Positions 50,214 to 59,972 of a DNA stretch of 64,000 bases are shown here, one piece after another. The notes beneath the pieces are model-generated. The model was given only the letters and a program-made list of their open reading frames with translations, had not been told where the DNA came from and ran no database searches. The translations under genes were made by a program, and so were the position numbers. The stretch's first letter is position 1, and each line of letters starts with the position of its first letter. Origin of the DNA: Gaiellaceae bacterium (lineage in GTDB: Bacteria > Actinomycetota > Thermoleophilia > Gaiellales > Gaiellaceae); the NCBI GenBank assembly GCA_037720595.1, contig JBBJLW010000016.1, positions 1,751-65,750 on the forward strand, read 5' to 3'.

Positions 50214-52495
50214 GCTCTCAGCTCCGCTCCGAACCGCTCGGCGAGGGAGGCCACGATTCGCTCCCGGATCGGGGCCACGTCGGCGTCTGTGAGTGTCCGC
50301 TCGGGCGAGCGGAACTCCACTCGGAAGGCGAGCGACTTCTTCCCGGCCGGGATCGGCGGCTCGCGGAAATCGCTGAGGAAGCGCACGTCGCGCATCTCAG
50401 GGCCGGCGGCTTCGCGGGCAGCGGCGAAGATCGCGGCCGCGGGCACTCTGAGATCGACGACGAAGGCAAGATCCTGCTTGACCGGCGGGAACGTGATCAC
50501 GTCTTCGTACTGGACGGGATCGCGGGAGCCGGCGAGCAGCAGCTCGAGGTCGAGCTCGAACGCGCTCCACTGTCCATCGAGCAGTTCCGGATGCAGCTCG
50601 CCGAGCCAGCCGGCTTCGACTCCGGCGGCGCGCCCAGGATAGAGGAACGGCTGCGTCGCGGGCGCGACCGAGAGCTCGACCTTCAGCGACCCGTAGAGGA
50701 CCTCGAGCACGCCCTTCACGCGAGCGAAGCCACCCTCGACGAGCCCACCCACGCGCAGGTGTTCCTCGGGAAGCTCGGAGCCGCGCGGCAGGTAGACGCG
50801 CGCGATCTCGAAGAACGCGAGGCGCTCGTTGCCGGACGAGACGTTCCCGCGCGCAGTCTCCACGAGGCCGTGCAGCAACGTCGTCCGCATCGTCGCCTGG
50901 TCACCCACGGGATCCGGGAGCGTCAGGCCGCCCGGCTCGGCCGCGGTCGGGACGAGCGACGGCGTGTAGACCTCGGCCAGACCCGCCCCGACGAGCACGT
51001 CCTCGACGCGGCGGCGCAGACGCTGATTCGGTGAGAGCGATCCGAACATCGCGCGGCGCGCGGGCAGCGTGAATGGAACATCGTCGAGTCGCACGCGCGC
51101 GATCTCCTCGACGAGGTCGACCTCGCGGGTCACGTCTCGCGCGCGCCAGGTCGGCACGATCACGTCGTCGTCCGCGACCTCGAACCCAAATCGCTCGAGA
51201 AGCGAGCGCTGCTCCTCGGGCGGGGTTTCGAGACCGATGAGCCGATCGGCGCGCTCGGGCCGCAGCCGGACCACTTGGCGCTCCGGCAGCTCACCGTGCA
51301 CGTCCGCGTGGCCAACCCAAGTTGCGCCCGTAAGCTCGACGAGAAGCTGCGTCGCGAGCGCCGCCGCTTGCGACGCGAGATGCGGATCGACGCCCTTCTC
51401 CCACCGGTTCGAGCCCTCGGTGCGCAGCTTCAGGCGCTCGGACGTCCGCAACAACCCGACCGGCTCGAAGTTCGCCGCCTCCAGCAAGAGCTCCGTCGTC
51501 GAGTCGCGTACCTCGGTTTCCTCCCCGCCCATGATCCCGGCGAGCGCGACGGCGCGCTCCCCGTCGGCGATCACGAGATCTGCAGCGACGAGCTCGCGTG
51601 CGGTTCCGTCGAGGGTGCGCAGCTTCTCGCCGGCGGCGGCCCGCCGAACGACGATCCGATCCTGCGCGAGCGTCGAGCGATCGAACGCATGGATCGGGTT
51701 GCCAAGTGCCAGCATCACGTAGTTCGTGACGTCGACCACGTTCGAGATCGGCCGCATCCCCGCAGCCGAGATCCGGGCACGGAGCCACGGCGGTGAGGCC
51801 GCGACTTCGACGTTCGCGAAGGTACGGCCGATGTAGCGCGGGCAACCGATGAGATCGTCGATTGCGATCTCGATGCTCTCATCGCCTCCCTGCTTCGGGT
51901 CGCGGCCGGGCGGCGGCTCGAGCTCGAGTCGGAAGAGCGCCGCCACCTCGCGCGCAAGACCGTAGACGGAGAGCAGGTCGACCCGGTTCCCGGTCGGCTC
52001 GACGTCCATGATCGCGTCGGCGAGCGGGAGCACGTCGGCGAGCGACGTCCCCGGCTCGGTTTCGGGGAGCACGAGGATCCCGTCGTGGTCGGCACCCAGC
52101 TCGAGCTCGCGCTCGGAGAGGATCATCCCGCGCGAGACCTCGCCGCGGAGCTTCGCCTCGCCGAGCGGCTGCTCCGCACCCGGGAGCCTCGCCCCGGGCA
52201 GAGCGACCGCCACGGTCGCGCCCGCGCCGAAATTCCAGGCGCCGCAGACGATCTGGCGCGGCTCGCCCTCGCCCACGTCCACCTGGCAGAGCTGGAGCCG
52301 ATCGGCGTTCGGATGCTTGCCCGCTTCGAGCACGCGTCCGACGAGGAAAAGCGCATGGTTGCCGTTCTTGTCGATGGGGCCGCGCGCCTCGACCGTATTC
52401 ACCTCGGCAGCGCTGATGCTGAGCCGGTGCACGAGCTCCGCGACCGGCATTTCGAGGGCGACGTAGTTACGCAGCCAGGACAGCGGCACCTTCAT
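50210..52495 (-). CDS. pheT: phenylalanine--tRNA ligase beta subunit
   Basis: 761 aa, MKVPLSWLRNYV..., with tRNA-binding, B3/4, B5 and FDX-ACB domain order. Confidence 0.95.
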   Translation of the reverse strand: MKVPLSWLRNYVALEMPVAELVHRLSISAAEVNTVEARGPIDKNGNHALFLVGRVLEAGKHPNADRLQLCQVDVGEGEPRQIVCGAWNFGAGATVAVALPGARLPGAEQPLGEAKLRGEVSRGMILSERELELGADHDGILVLPETEPGTSLADVLPLADAIMDVEPTGNRVDLLSVYGLAREVAALFRLELEPPPGRDPKQGGDESIEIAIDDLIGCPRYIGRTFANVEVAASPPWLRARISAAGMRPISNVVDVTNYVMLALGNPIHAFDRSTLAQDRIVVRRAAAGEKLRTLDGTARELVAADLVIADGERAVALAGIMGGEETEVRDSTTELLLEAANFEPVGLLRTSERLKLRTEGSNRWEKGVDPHLASQAAALATQLLVELTGATWVGHADVHGELPERQVVRLRPERADRLIGLETPPEEQRSLLERFGFEVADDDVIVPTWRARDVTREVDLVEEIARVRLDDVPFTLPARRAMFGSLSPNQRLRRRVEDVLVGAGLAEVYTPSLVPTAAEPGGLTLPDPVGDQATMRTTLLHGLVETARGNVSSGNERLAFFEIARVYLPRGSELPEEHLRVGGLVEGGFARVKGVLEVLYGSLKVELSVAPATQPFLYPGRAAGVEAGWLGELHPELLDGQWSAFELDLELLLAGSRDPVQYEDVITFPPVKQDLAFVVDLRVPAAAIFAAAREAAGPEMRDVRFLSDFREPPIPAGKKSLAFRVEFRSPERTLTDADVAPIRERIVASLAERFGAELRA

Positions 52496-53504
<1,009 letters not shown>

Positions 53505-53533
<29 letters not shown>

Positions 53534-54218
53534 TGCGAGGGTGTACGACTCGTGGAGCGCGAGCGTTGTCGAGGACGTCGATTTCTACGTCGAGGAGGCG
53601 CTGGCCGCGGGCGGTTCGGTCGTCGAGCTCGCCTGCGGAACCGGCCGGATCGCAATTCCGATCGCGCTCGCAGGCGTGCCGGTGATCGGCGTCGACGGTT
53701 CTCTCGGGATGCTCGAGATCGCCCGCGAGCAGGCCCTCACCGCCGGCGTCGACGCGCTCGTCGACCTCCGTCACGGAGATCTGCGCGAGCCGCCGGTCAC
53801 CGAGCGCGTGCGACTCGTGCTCGTCCCTTTCCGCTCGCTGCTCCACATGACGACGGAGGCCGATCGCGCGCATGCCCTCGCCGCCGCCTACACCCTGCTC
53901 GAGCCCGGCGGCCGGATGGTCTTCGACGTCTTTGCCCCCGGCAAGGAGGACGTCGAGGCGACGCACGGACGCTGGCTCGAGCGCGAGCCGGGGATCTTCG
54001 AGCGCGCCGACTGGGACGAGGGAGAGCGGACGCTGACTCTCTCTGTCCGCCGCGGCGAGGAGGCGTCGACGATGCTGCTCGCCTGGCTCTCGCCGGTCGA
54101 GTGGTCGCGCCTCCTCGAGCGCGCCGGCTTCGAGATCGAGGAGCTCTACGGCTGGTTCGACCGCCGTCCCTACGGTGGCGGGGAGGACGTCGTCTTCGTC
54201 GCCAGGCGGCCCGAGTGA
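53505..54218 (+). CDS. class I SAM-dependent methyltransferase
   Basis: VVELACGTGRIAIP motif I. The GTG start is uncertain and overlaps the divergent pheS start. Confidence 0.8.
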
Positions 54219-54379
54219 TTGCGTCGCCGACCCGGACTCCGGCTGGATCCAGCGGGATCTCGGTGTGGTGCTCGAGCCCGAGACTCTTGACCGGCGCGAC
54301 GTTGAAGCCCGCTACGGCAGGGATGTGAAGAGACCACAACGGTTGGCATTCGTCCTGGCGTATCGGGTACGGTCGGCCC

Positions 54380-54925
54380 ATGCTCTGGATCGTTCTCGGC
54401 GTGGTCGTCTTCATCGTGCTCGCGCTCGTCCTGCTCTACAACCGGCTCATCCGGCTGCGGAACCGTGTCGAGAACGCGTGGGCGCAGGTCGACGTCCAGC
54501 TCAAGCGCCGCTACGACCTGATTCCGAACCTCGTCGAGACCGTCAAGGGCTACGCCGCTCACGAGCGCGAGACCTTCGAGGCCGTCACGAACGCACGAAC
54601 GCGTGCTCAGGCCGCGCAGGGGCCCGCCGAACAGGGCGCCGCAGAGGGCATCCTCGGGCAGGCGCTCGGCCGCCTCTTCGCGGTCGCAGAGGCGTATCCG
54701 GAGCTTCAGGCCGACGAGAACTTTCGCCAGCTCCAGGACGAGCTCGCGCAGACGGAGAACCGGATCGCGGTCTCCCGCCAGGTCTACAACGACACCGTCC
54801 TCACCTACAACAACGCGATTCAGACGGTACCGACCGTCTTCATCGCCGGCATGTTCGGGTTCGCGAAGAAGGACTTCTTCGAGACGGAGGAAGCGGCCCG
54901 GGAGGCGCCACGCGTCACGTTCTAG
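54380..54925 (+). CDS. lemA: LemA family protein
   Basis: An N-terminal TM helix followed by [40 protein letters not shown]. Confidence 0.9.
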   Translation: MLWIVLGVVVFIVLALVLLYNRLIRLRNRVENAWAQVDVQLKRRYDLIPNLVETVKGYAAHERETFEAVTNARTRAQAAQGPAEQGAAEGILGQALGRLFAVAEAYPELQADENFRQLQDELAQTENRIAVSRQVYNDTVLTYNNAIQTVPTVFIAGMFGFAKKDFFETEEAAREAPRVTF

Positions 54926-54930
54926 CGGGA

Positions 54931-56787
54931 CTGACCGTCGCCGTTCTCGCCGCCCTCGGGCCGGTCGGGAACGCGGGGGCCAAGTCCTTCATGCTTCCGA
55001 CCGCCGACGTTCTCGTCCAGGTCGAGCGGGACGGCGCCCTCGTGGTCGACGAGCGGATCACGTTCAGCTACGACGGCGATTTCAGCGGCGCGTTCCGCGA
55101 GATCCCGCTCGAGGACGGCCAGAGGATCGATGACGTTGCCGTCTTCGAAGGCGAGCGGGCCTACGCGCCGGGGGCGTCCGCCGAGCTGGGTTCGAGTGGC
55201 TCGCCCGACACCTTCGGCACGATCGAGACGGGCAAGGGGTTGCGGATCGTCTGGCACTACCGCGCGCTCTCGGAGGAGCGCACATTTCGAGTCCACTACC
55301 GGCTGAGCGGCCTCGCGACCGCCTACGACGACGTCGTCGATCTCAACCTGAAGGTCTGGGGAGACGAGTGGCAGACCGGCCTCGGACGCTTGACCGCGCG
55401 GCTCGTGGCGCCCGGCGAGGTCACGCGCGCGTGGGGTCATCCGGTCAGCGTTCGCGGCGACGTCACGCTCGACGGCTCGATCGTCCGCCTGCGCGCGCTC
55501 GACGTTCCCTCGGAGCAGTTCGTCGAGCTGCGCGCGCTCGTCCCGCGGCGCTTCTTCACCTCGACCGCTGCGATGGCGGTCGAGGCGGGAGCAGGGCTCG
55601 AGAAGATCGTCGCCGAGGAGCGCGAGGACGCGGCGGCGTACGAGCGCGACCGGGGAAAGATCGACGAGGCGCTCGACAACCTGCCGCGCACGATCGCGAT
55701 CCTGCTCGCGCTCGCGCTCGGCCCCGCGCTTCTGATCGCCGGCCTCGTCTGGTGGCGGTATGGCCGCGAACGCGAGACGACGTACGACCGCGAGTACGAG
55801 CAGGAGCCGCCGACGGAGACGCAGCCGGCACTCGTCCCGTCGCTGCTCGCCCAGGGCGGCACGCCTGGCTCGCTCGAGTTCACCGCGACCCTCTTCGACC
55901 TGATCAGGCGCGGGCGCTACCGCTCGGCCCCGGTCACCACCGAGCGGAAGATCTGGGGCGGACTGAGGACGCAGCAGGTCGCGGATCTCGAGCTGGAGCT
56001 CGACGATCTCGAGGCGCCGGTGGAAGCGTTCGAAGCTCCCGTCGCCCAGGTCGTCGACGGAATCCTCGCCGACGGGCCCGAGCGGCTCTCACGCTTCCGC
56101 GACCGGATCGAGGAGCACCGCACCAGCAACTCGACGCGCTTCACCTCGTTCAAGTCCGGAATCGACGCGGAGATCACCGGTCGGAAGTGGTTCCAGAACC
56201 ATGGCATCGTCCTGCTCCTCGGAGGCGCTGCTCTGCTCGCGGTCGTGGGAGGGCTGTTGCTCTTCGGCGGATTCGAGTCGTTCGACTCGGTGGCGCCCAC
56301 GTGGCGTAGCAACGTCGTGCTCGCGCGCGGCGGGTGTGGGCGCGGAAACGCGGGGGTGCTCGTCGTCGCGGCCTTCAATCGACGCCTCTGGCGTCGGCGC
56401 TCACCGGAGGCCCAGGCGGAGGCCGAACGGTGGGAGGCCTTTCGTCGCTACCTCACCGACTTTCCGCGGCTCCAGGAGGCGCCGCCGGCGACGCTCGAGC
56501 TCTGGGAGCGTTTCCTCGTCTATGGGATCGCCTTCGGGATCGCCGAGCGCGTCCTCCAAGGCGCCCAGCTCCATATGCCCGAGGCGCTGGCGCAGACTAG
56601 CTCGCTCTACTGGATCGGCCCGTACGGCGACCTCGGCTCCGGCCCGACCTCGATGGCGATCGGCGATCTGGCGGCCGGCTTCGGCTCGGCGCTCGCACCT
56701 CCCTCCTCCGGCTCCGGCGGGATGGGTGGCGGGTTCTCGGGCGGAGGCGGCGGGGGCGGCGGTGGAGGTGGAGGTGGCGCTTGGTGA
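54931..56787 (+). CDS. DUF2207-like membrane protein with a poly-Gly C-terminus; start codon uncertain
   Basis: Canonical LemA neighbour. The signal-like LTVAVLAALGPVGNAGA is only included if translation starts at CTG 54931. The first ATG is at 54991. Confidence 0.75.
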   Translation: MTVAVLAALGPVGNAGAKSFMLPTADVLVQVERDGALVVDERITFSYDGDFSGAFREIPLEDGQRIDDVAVFEGERAYAPGASAELGSSGSPDTFGTIETGKGLRIVWHYRALSEERTFRVHYRLSGLATAYDDVVDLNLKVWGDEWQTGLGRLTARLVAPGEVTRAWGHPVSVRGDVTLDGSIVRLRALDVPSEQFVELRALVPRRFFTSTAAMAVEAGAGLEKIVAEEREDAAAYERDRGKIDEALDNLPRTIAILLALALGPALLIAGLVWWRYGRERETTYDREYEQEPPTETQPALVPSLLAQGGTPGSLEFTATLFDLIRRGRYRSAPVTTERKIWGGLRTQQVADLELELDDLEAPVEAFEAPVAQVVDGILADGPERLSRFRDRIEEHRTSNSTRFTSFKSGIDAEITGRKWFQNHGIVLLLGGAALLAVVGGLLLFGGFESFDSVAPTWRSNVVLARGGCGRGNAGVLVVAAFNRRLWRRRSPEAQAEAERWEAFRRYLTDFPRLQEAPPATLELWERFLVYGIAFGIAERVLQGAQLHMPEALAQTSSLYWIGPYGDLGSGPTSMAIGDLAAGFGSALAPPSSGSGGMGGGFSGGGGGGGGGGGGGAW

Positions 56788-57051
56788 CGTGCCCGCAAGA
56801 GACATCTGGCGTAACCCACGGATTCAGGGCACGATTCAGCGATGATGTCGGAGGACGATGTCACGTCTATCATCGAGGCCCTGTTCGATATCCGGACCGA
56901 GCTTCGCCGGATAGTCGTATTGCTGGAGGAGAACGATGGCGAGCAAGGAAACGAAGCGACGGATTCGTGAGGAGATCGCAGCCGATCAAGCTCGCTACGA
57001 CGAGGTGACCAGACGCCTCAAGGAGCGCATCGAGCGTGGGCGGGCGAAACC

Positions 57052-57750
57052 TCAAGAAGACCGACGCGACCGCTCGTAAAGCGCGATCGCGCCGGCGGCG
57101 GCGACGTTGAGCGACTCCGCCGCACCCGGGGTCGGGATCGTGGCGACTTCGGCGCTCTGAGCCACTAGGTCCTCCGGCAGCCCCTCGCGCTCGGCTCCGA
57201 GCAGGAACGTCACGGGGCCTGCGAGGTCGAGCTCCTGAAGCGGACGCCCGCCGTGAGCGGCGAGCGCGATCCACGGCTTCGGGGCATCCTCGAGCGCGAG
57301 CAGCGGGACGCGGAAGATCGCCCCGGCCGACGCGCGTAGCGCCTTCGGGCCGAGCGGGTCTGCGCATCCGGGCGAGAGCGCGAGCGCAGCACCGAAGGCG
57401 TCCGCCGCGCGCAGCAGGGCGCCGACGTTGCCGGGATCCGTCACGCGCCAAAGGGCAAGTGTCGTCTCGCGCTCGCCCCGCGGCAGATCGGCCTGACGGT
57501 AGACACCGATCGCGCGAGCCGGATGCGGCAGCGTCGAGAGGTCGGCGAGCAACTCCTCCTCGACGGTCTCACCGGAGACGAGGAGCTCGATCGGCTCGAT
57601 TCCGGCTGCGCGGGCCGCTTCGACGAGATCCTCGCCCTCGACCACGAAGAGCCCGAGCTCGGCCCGCTTGCGCTTCTGCGCGATCAGCTTCCGGACGAGC
57701 TTCAGCGTCGGATTCGTCCTCGACGTGATCACGCGAGCCACTCGATCCAT
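57052..57750 (-). CDS. TrmH/SpoU-family RNA 2'-O-methyltransferase
   Basis: DPGNVGALLRAADAFG, LLGAEREGL, IPTPGAAESLNVAAAGAIALYE. The alternative GTG start at 57732 overlaps the upstream stop (GTGA). Confidence 0.85.
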   Translation of the reverse strand: MDRVARVITSRTNPTLKLVRKLIAQKRKRAELGLFVVEGEDLVEAARAAGIEPIELLVSGETVEEELLADLSTLPHPARAIGVYRQADLPRGERETTLALWRVTDPGNVGALLRAADAFGAALALSPGCADPLGPKALRASAGAIFRVPLLALEDAPKPWIALAAHGGRPLQELDLAGPVTFLLGAEREGLPEDLVAQSAEVATIPTPGAAESLNVAAAGAIALYERSRRSS

Positions 57751-58559
57751 GCGCCGTGGAAGTCGGCGTGCGCGACAAGCTCCGGTCCGTTGCCGGGCCA
57801 GAGCTGCAGCCACAGGCCCCAGTAGTCGTGGACGTCCTCGGCGGGACGGGCTGTCCACACGAACGCGAGCGATCCGTCGCGGCCGGCCTCCGCGAGCGAA
57901 TCTCCGACGCGCTCCCAGTCCCCGTAGGAGAGGTAGCCGAGAACGGCGGTCTCGAAGACGACCGTGAGTACATCCGGGTCATGCGCGGCTAGGAGTTCCG
58001 GCAGCAACTCGGCGAGGTCTCCGCGCAGAAGCGTCGGCGGTGCGCACCGCACCGCCTCGATCGCCTGGTCGAGCCGCTCGAGCCTGCCCTCCTGCCCCGG
58101 CCAGACGAACGAGCGCAACCACAGCGCTCCCTCCTCGGTCGTCACGTCTACCGGGTCGAGGTCGACCCCGATCCGGCGGCGCACTCGCGGCTGGAGCTCG
58201 AGCAGCTGCGCAGGTACAGGCGGGTGCTCCTCGCCGTCGAGCTCGAGCAGCGCGTCCTGTGGGCCCGAGCTCCCGGCGTCGTAGGCGTACTGGTAACGAT
58301 CCCAGAGCAGGTTGAACCCCGCGCTGGAGCCGAGCTCGATCACGTCGAACGTCGGGGCGTCCGTGCGGCGCGAGAGCTCGAGGAAGCACGGCAGCAGCAC
58401 CCACGAGCGGCGAACCTCGTTCGTCTGGATGGAGCGCGCGGCGAGCCGCCGAAGATCATCGTGCTCGAGCGCCGCGTCGAGATCCTCCCAGCTGGCGCCG
58501 CCGGAGAGGACGAGCGCATGCAGCCCGCCGAGGAGGCGGAGCGGCGCATCCCACGACAT
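57729..58559 (-). CDS. DUF2332-like protein (probably extends 5' to 58682)
   Basis: LRLLGGLHALVLSG...VIELGSSAGFNLLWD. The open frame upstream encodes the family's N-terminal GxSPLY segment. Confidence 0.75.
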   Translation of the reverse strand: MSWDAPLRLLGGLHALVLSGGASWEDLDAALEHDDLRRLAARSIQTNEVRRSWVLLPCFLELSRRTDAPTFDVIELGSSAGFNLLWDRYQYAYDAGSSGPQDALLELDGEEHPPVPAQLLELQPRVRRRIGVDLDPVDVTTEEGALWLRSFVWPGQEGRLERLDQAIEAVRCAPPTLLRGDLAELLPELLAAHDPDVLTVVFETAVLGYLSYGDWERVGDSLAEAGRDGSLAFVWTARPAEDVHDYWGLWLQLWPGNGPELVAHADFHGAWIEWLA

Positions 58560-58678
58560 CTCGCCGACGAGCGTCGGCGCGCGCGGATCCTCGGCGAGGC
58601 GCCGGCACAGGTCGACATAGAGAGGCGAGCGGCCCTCGCACTGCCCCGCTTGGGAGCGAAAGATCTCTGCCTGCGTGC

Positions 58679-59050
58679 TCAGGCGGCCTGGGCGGATTCG
58701 TTCGCCGCTTTCGCCTGCTCGGCGACGGCCGCGAACGCGGCGGGGTCGCTGACGGCGAGGTCGGCGAGCACCTTGCGGTCGAGCTCGATCCCGGCCTTGT
58801 GGACACCCGAGATGAACTGGTTGTACGACATCCCGTTCACCCGCGCGGCGGCGTTGATCCGCACGATCCAGAGCTGCCGAAACGTCCGCTTCTTGTTCTT
58901 GCGGTCGCGGTAGGCATAGACGAGCGAGTGCTCGACCTGCTCCTTTGCGTACTTGTAGCTCGACTTCTTGAGCCCCCAGTAGCCCTTCGCCTGCCCGAGG
59001 ACCTTGCGGCGCTTCTTGCGCGCGTGAACGGATCGCTTAACTCTTGGCAT
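58679..59050 (-). CDS. rplT: 50S ribosomal protein L20
   Basis: [26 protein letters not shown]. Confidence 0.97.
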   Translation of the reverse strand: MPRVKRSVHARKKRRKVLGQAKGYWGLKKSSYKYAKEQVEHSLVYAYRDRKNKKRTFRQLWIVRINAAARVNGMSYNQFISGVHKAGIELDRKVLADLAVSDPAAFAAVAEQAKAANESAQAA

Positions 59051-59816
59051 CTGCGCCTACTTCAGCCCCAACAGGCGCTTGATCCTCGGCACGTCCACCT
59101 TCGCGACCGGATGATCCTGGCCGAACGCTCGCTTTCGCTTCGCCGACTTGTGCTCCAAGTTGTGGCTCTTCATCGCGTGCCGGCGCGTCAGCTTGCCGCT
59201 GCCCGTCACCTTGAATCGCTTTTTCGCCCCGCTCGATGTCTTCACTTTCGGCATCAGTCTTCACTCCTGCGTTCTTGGTTGGGCCCAGCAGCATCACCAT
59301 GTTGCGACCGTCGAGTAGCGGCGGCGATTCGACCGCGCCGATCTCCTTGATCTCCTCTGCGAGCCGGAGCAGCAGATCGCGGCCTCGCTCCGGGTGCAGG
59401 TTCTCGCGTCCCCGGAACATGATCGTGACCTTGACCTTCGCGCGCTGGTGCAGGAAACGCACGACATGGCCCTTCTTCGTCTCGTAGTCGTGGATGCCGA
59501 TCTTCGGCCTGAACTTGATCTCCTTGATGTTGATCTGCTGCTGGTGTTTCCGCGCGAGCTTGGCTTTCTGCTCCTGCTCGTAGCGGTACTTCCCGTAGTC
59601 CATCACCCGCGCGACCGGCGGGTCAGCTTGGGCGGCGACTTCGACCAGGTCGAGCCCCTTCGAGTACGCGTACTCCCGCGCCTCGTCCGTCGATTTGATC
59701 CCGATCTGCTCCCCGTCTTCGCCCACCAGCCGGACGTTCGGAACCCGGATCGCCTCGTTGATCCGATCCTGCGGCTGCGGGCGCGTGCGGTCTTCCGGGC
59801 GCCGTCTCGGTCTCAA
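59037..59816 (-). CDS. infC: translation initiation factor IF-3 (anomalous 3' end; start codon uncertain)
   Basis: [22 protein letters not shown]...[23 protein letters not shown]...[11 protein letters not shown]. The frame has no stop before rpmI and runs to 59037. Confidence 0.85.
   Translation of the reverse strand: MRPRRRPEDRTRPQPQDRINEAIRVPNVRLVGEDGEQIGIKSTDEAREYAYSKGLDLVEVAAQADPPVARVMDYGKYRYEQEQKAKLARKHQQQINIKEIKFRPKIGIHDYETKKGHVVRFLHQRAKVKVTIMFRGRENLHPERGRDLLLRLAEEIKEIGAVESPPLLDGRNMVMLLGPTKNAGVKTDAESEDIERGEKAIQGDGQRQADAPARDEEPQLGAQVGEAKASVRPGSSGREGGRAEDQAPVGAEVGADAKS
59057..59254 (-). CDS. rpmI: 50S ribosomal protein L35
   Basis: [27 protein letters not shown], with AGGAG 9 nt upstream. 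Confidence 0.97.
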   Translation of the reverse strand: MPKVKTSSGAKKRFKVTGSGKLTRRHAMKSHNLEHKSAKRKRAFGQDHPVAKVDVPRIKRLLGLK

Positions 59817-59848
59817 AGGGCCTTCACCAAGCTACGAATCCTCTCTCT

Positions 59849-59878
59849 CAAACGACAAGAACCGCTGCAAGCAGCGGC
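59849..59878 (-). terminator. putative intrinsic terminator/attenuator between thrS and infC
   Basis: On the minus strand, CCGCTGC-TT-GCAGCGG is followed by TTCTTGTCGTTT. Confidence 0.4.
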
Positions 59879-59972
59879 CACATTTCCTCGTCCAACCGGG
59901 TCGGTTGAACCCCCGCGAACGCCAATCAACGAGTGGCTCCGGGAGGTGAGGGGCAGTGATCCGCTCCTTCTT

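Noticed and set aside
56707-56784. GGC/GGT/GGA-rich simple repeat; also the CCN/GGN run at about 49331-49360.
   Set aside because: These are not CRISPR or non-coding satellites. They encode the poly-Gly tail of the DUF2207-like protein and the Pro10 linker of the cupredoxin-like protein.
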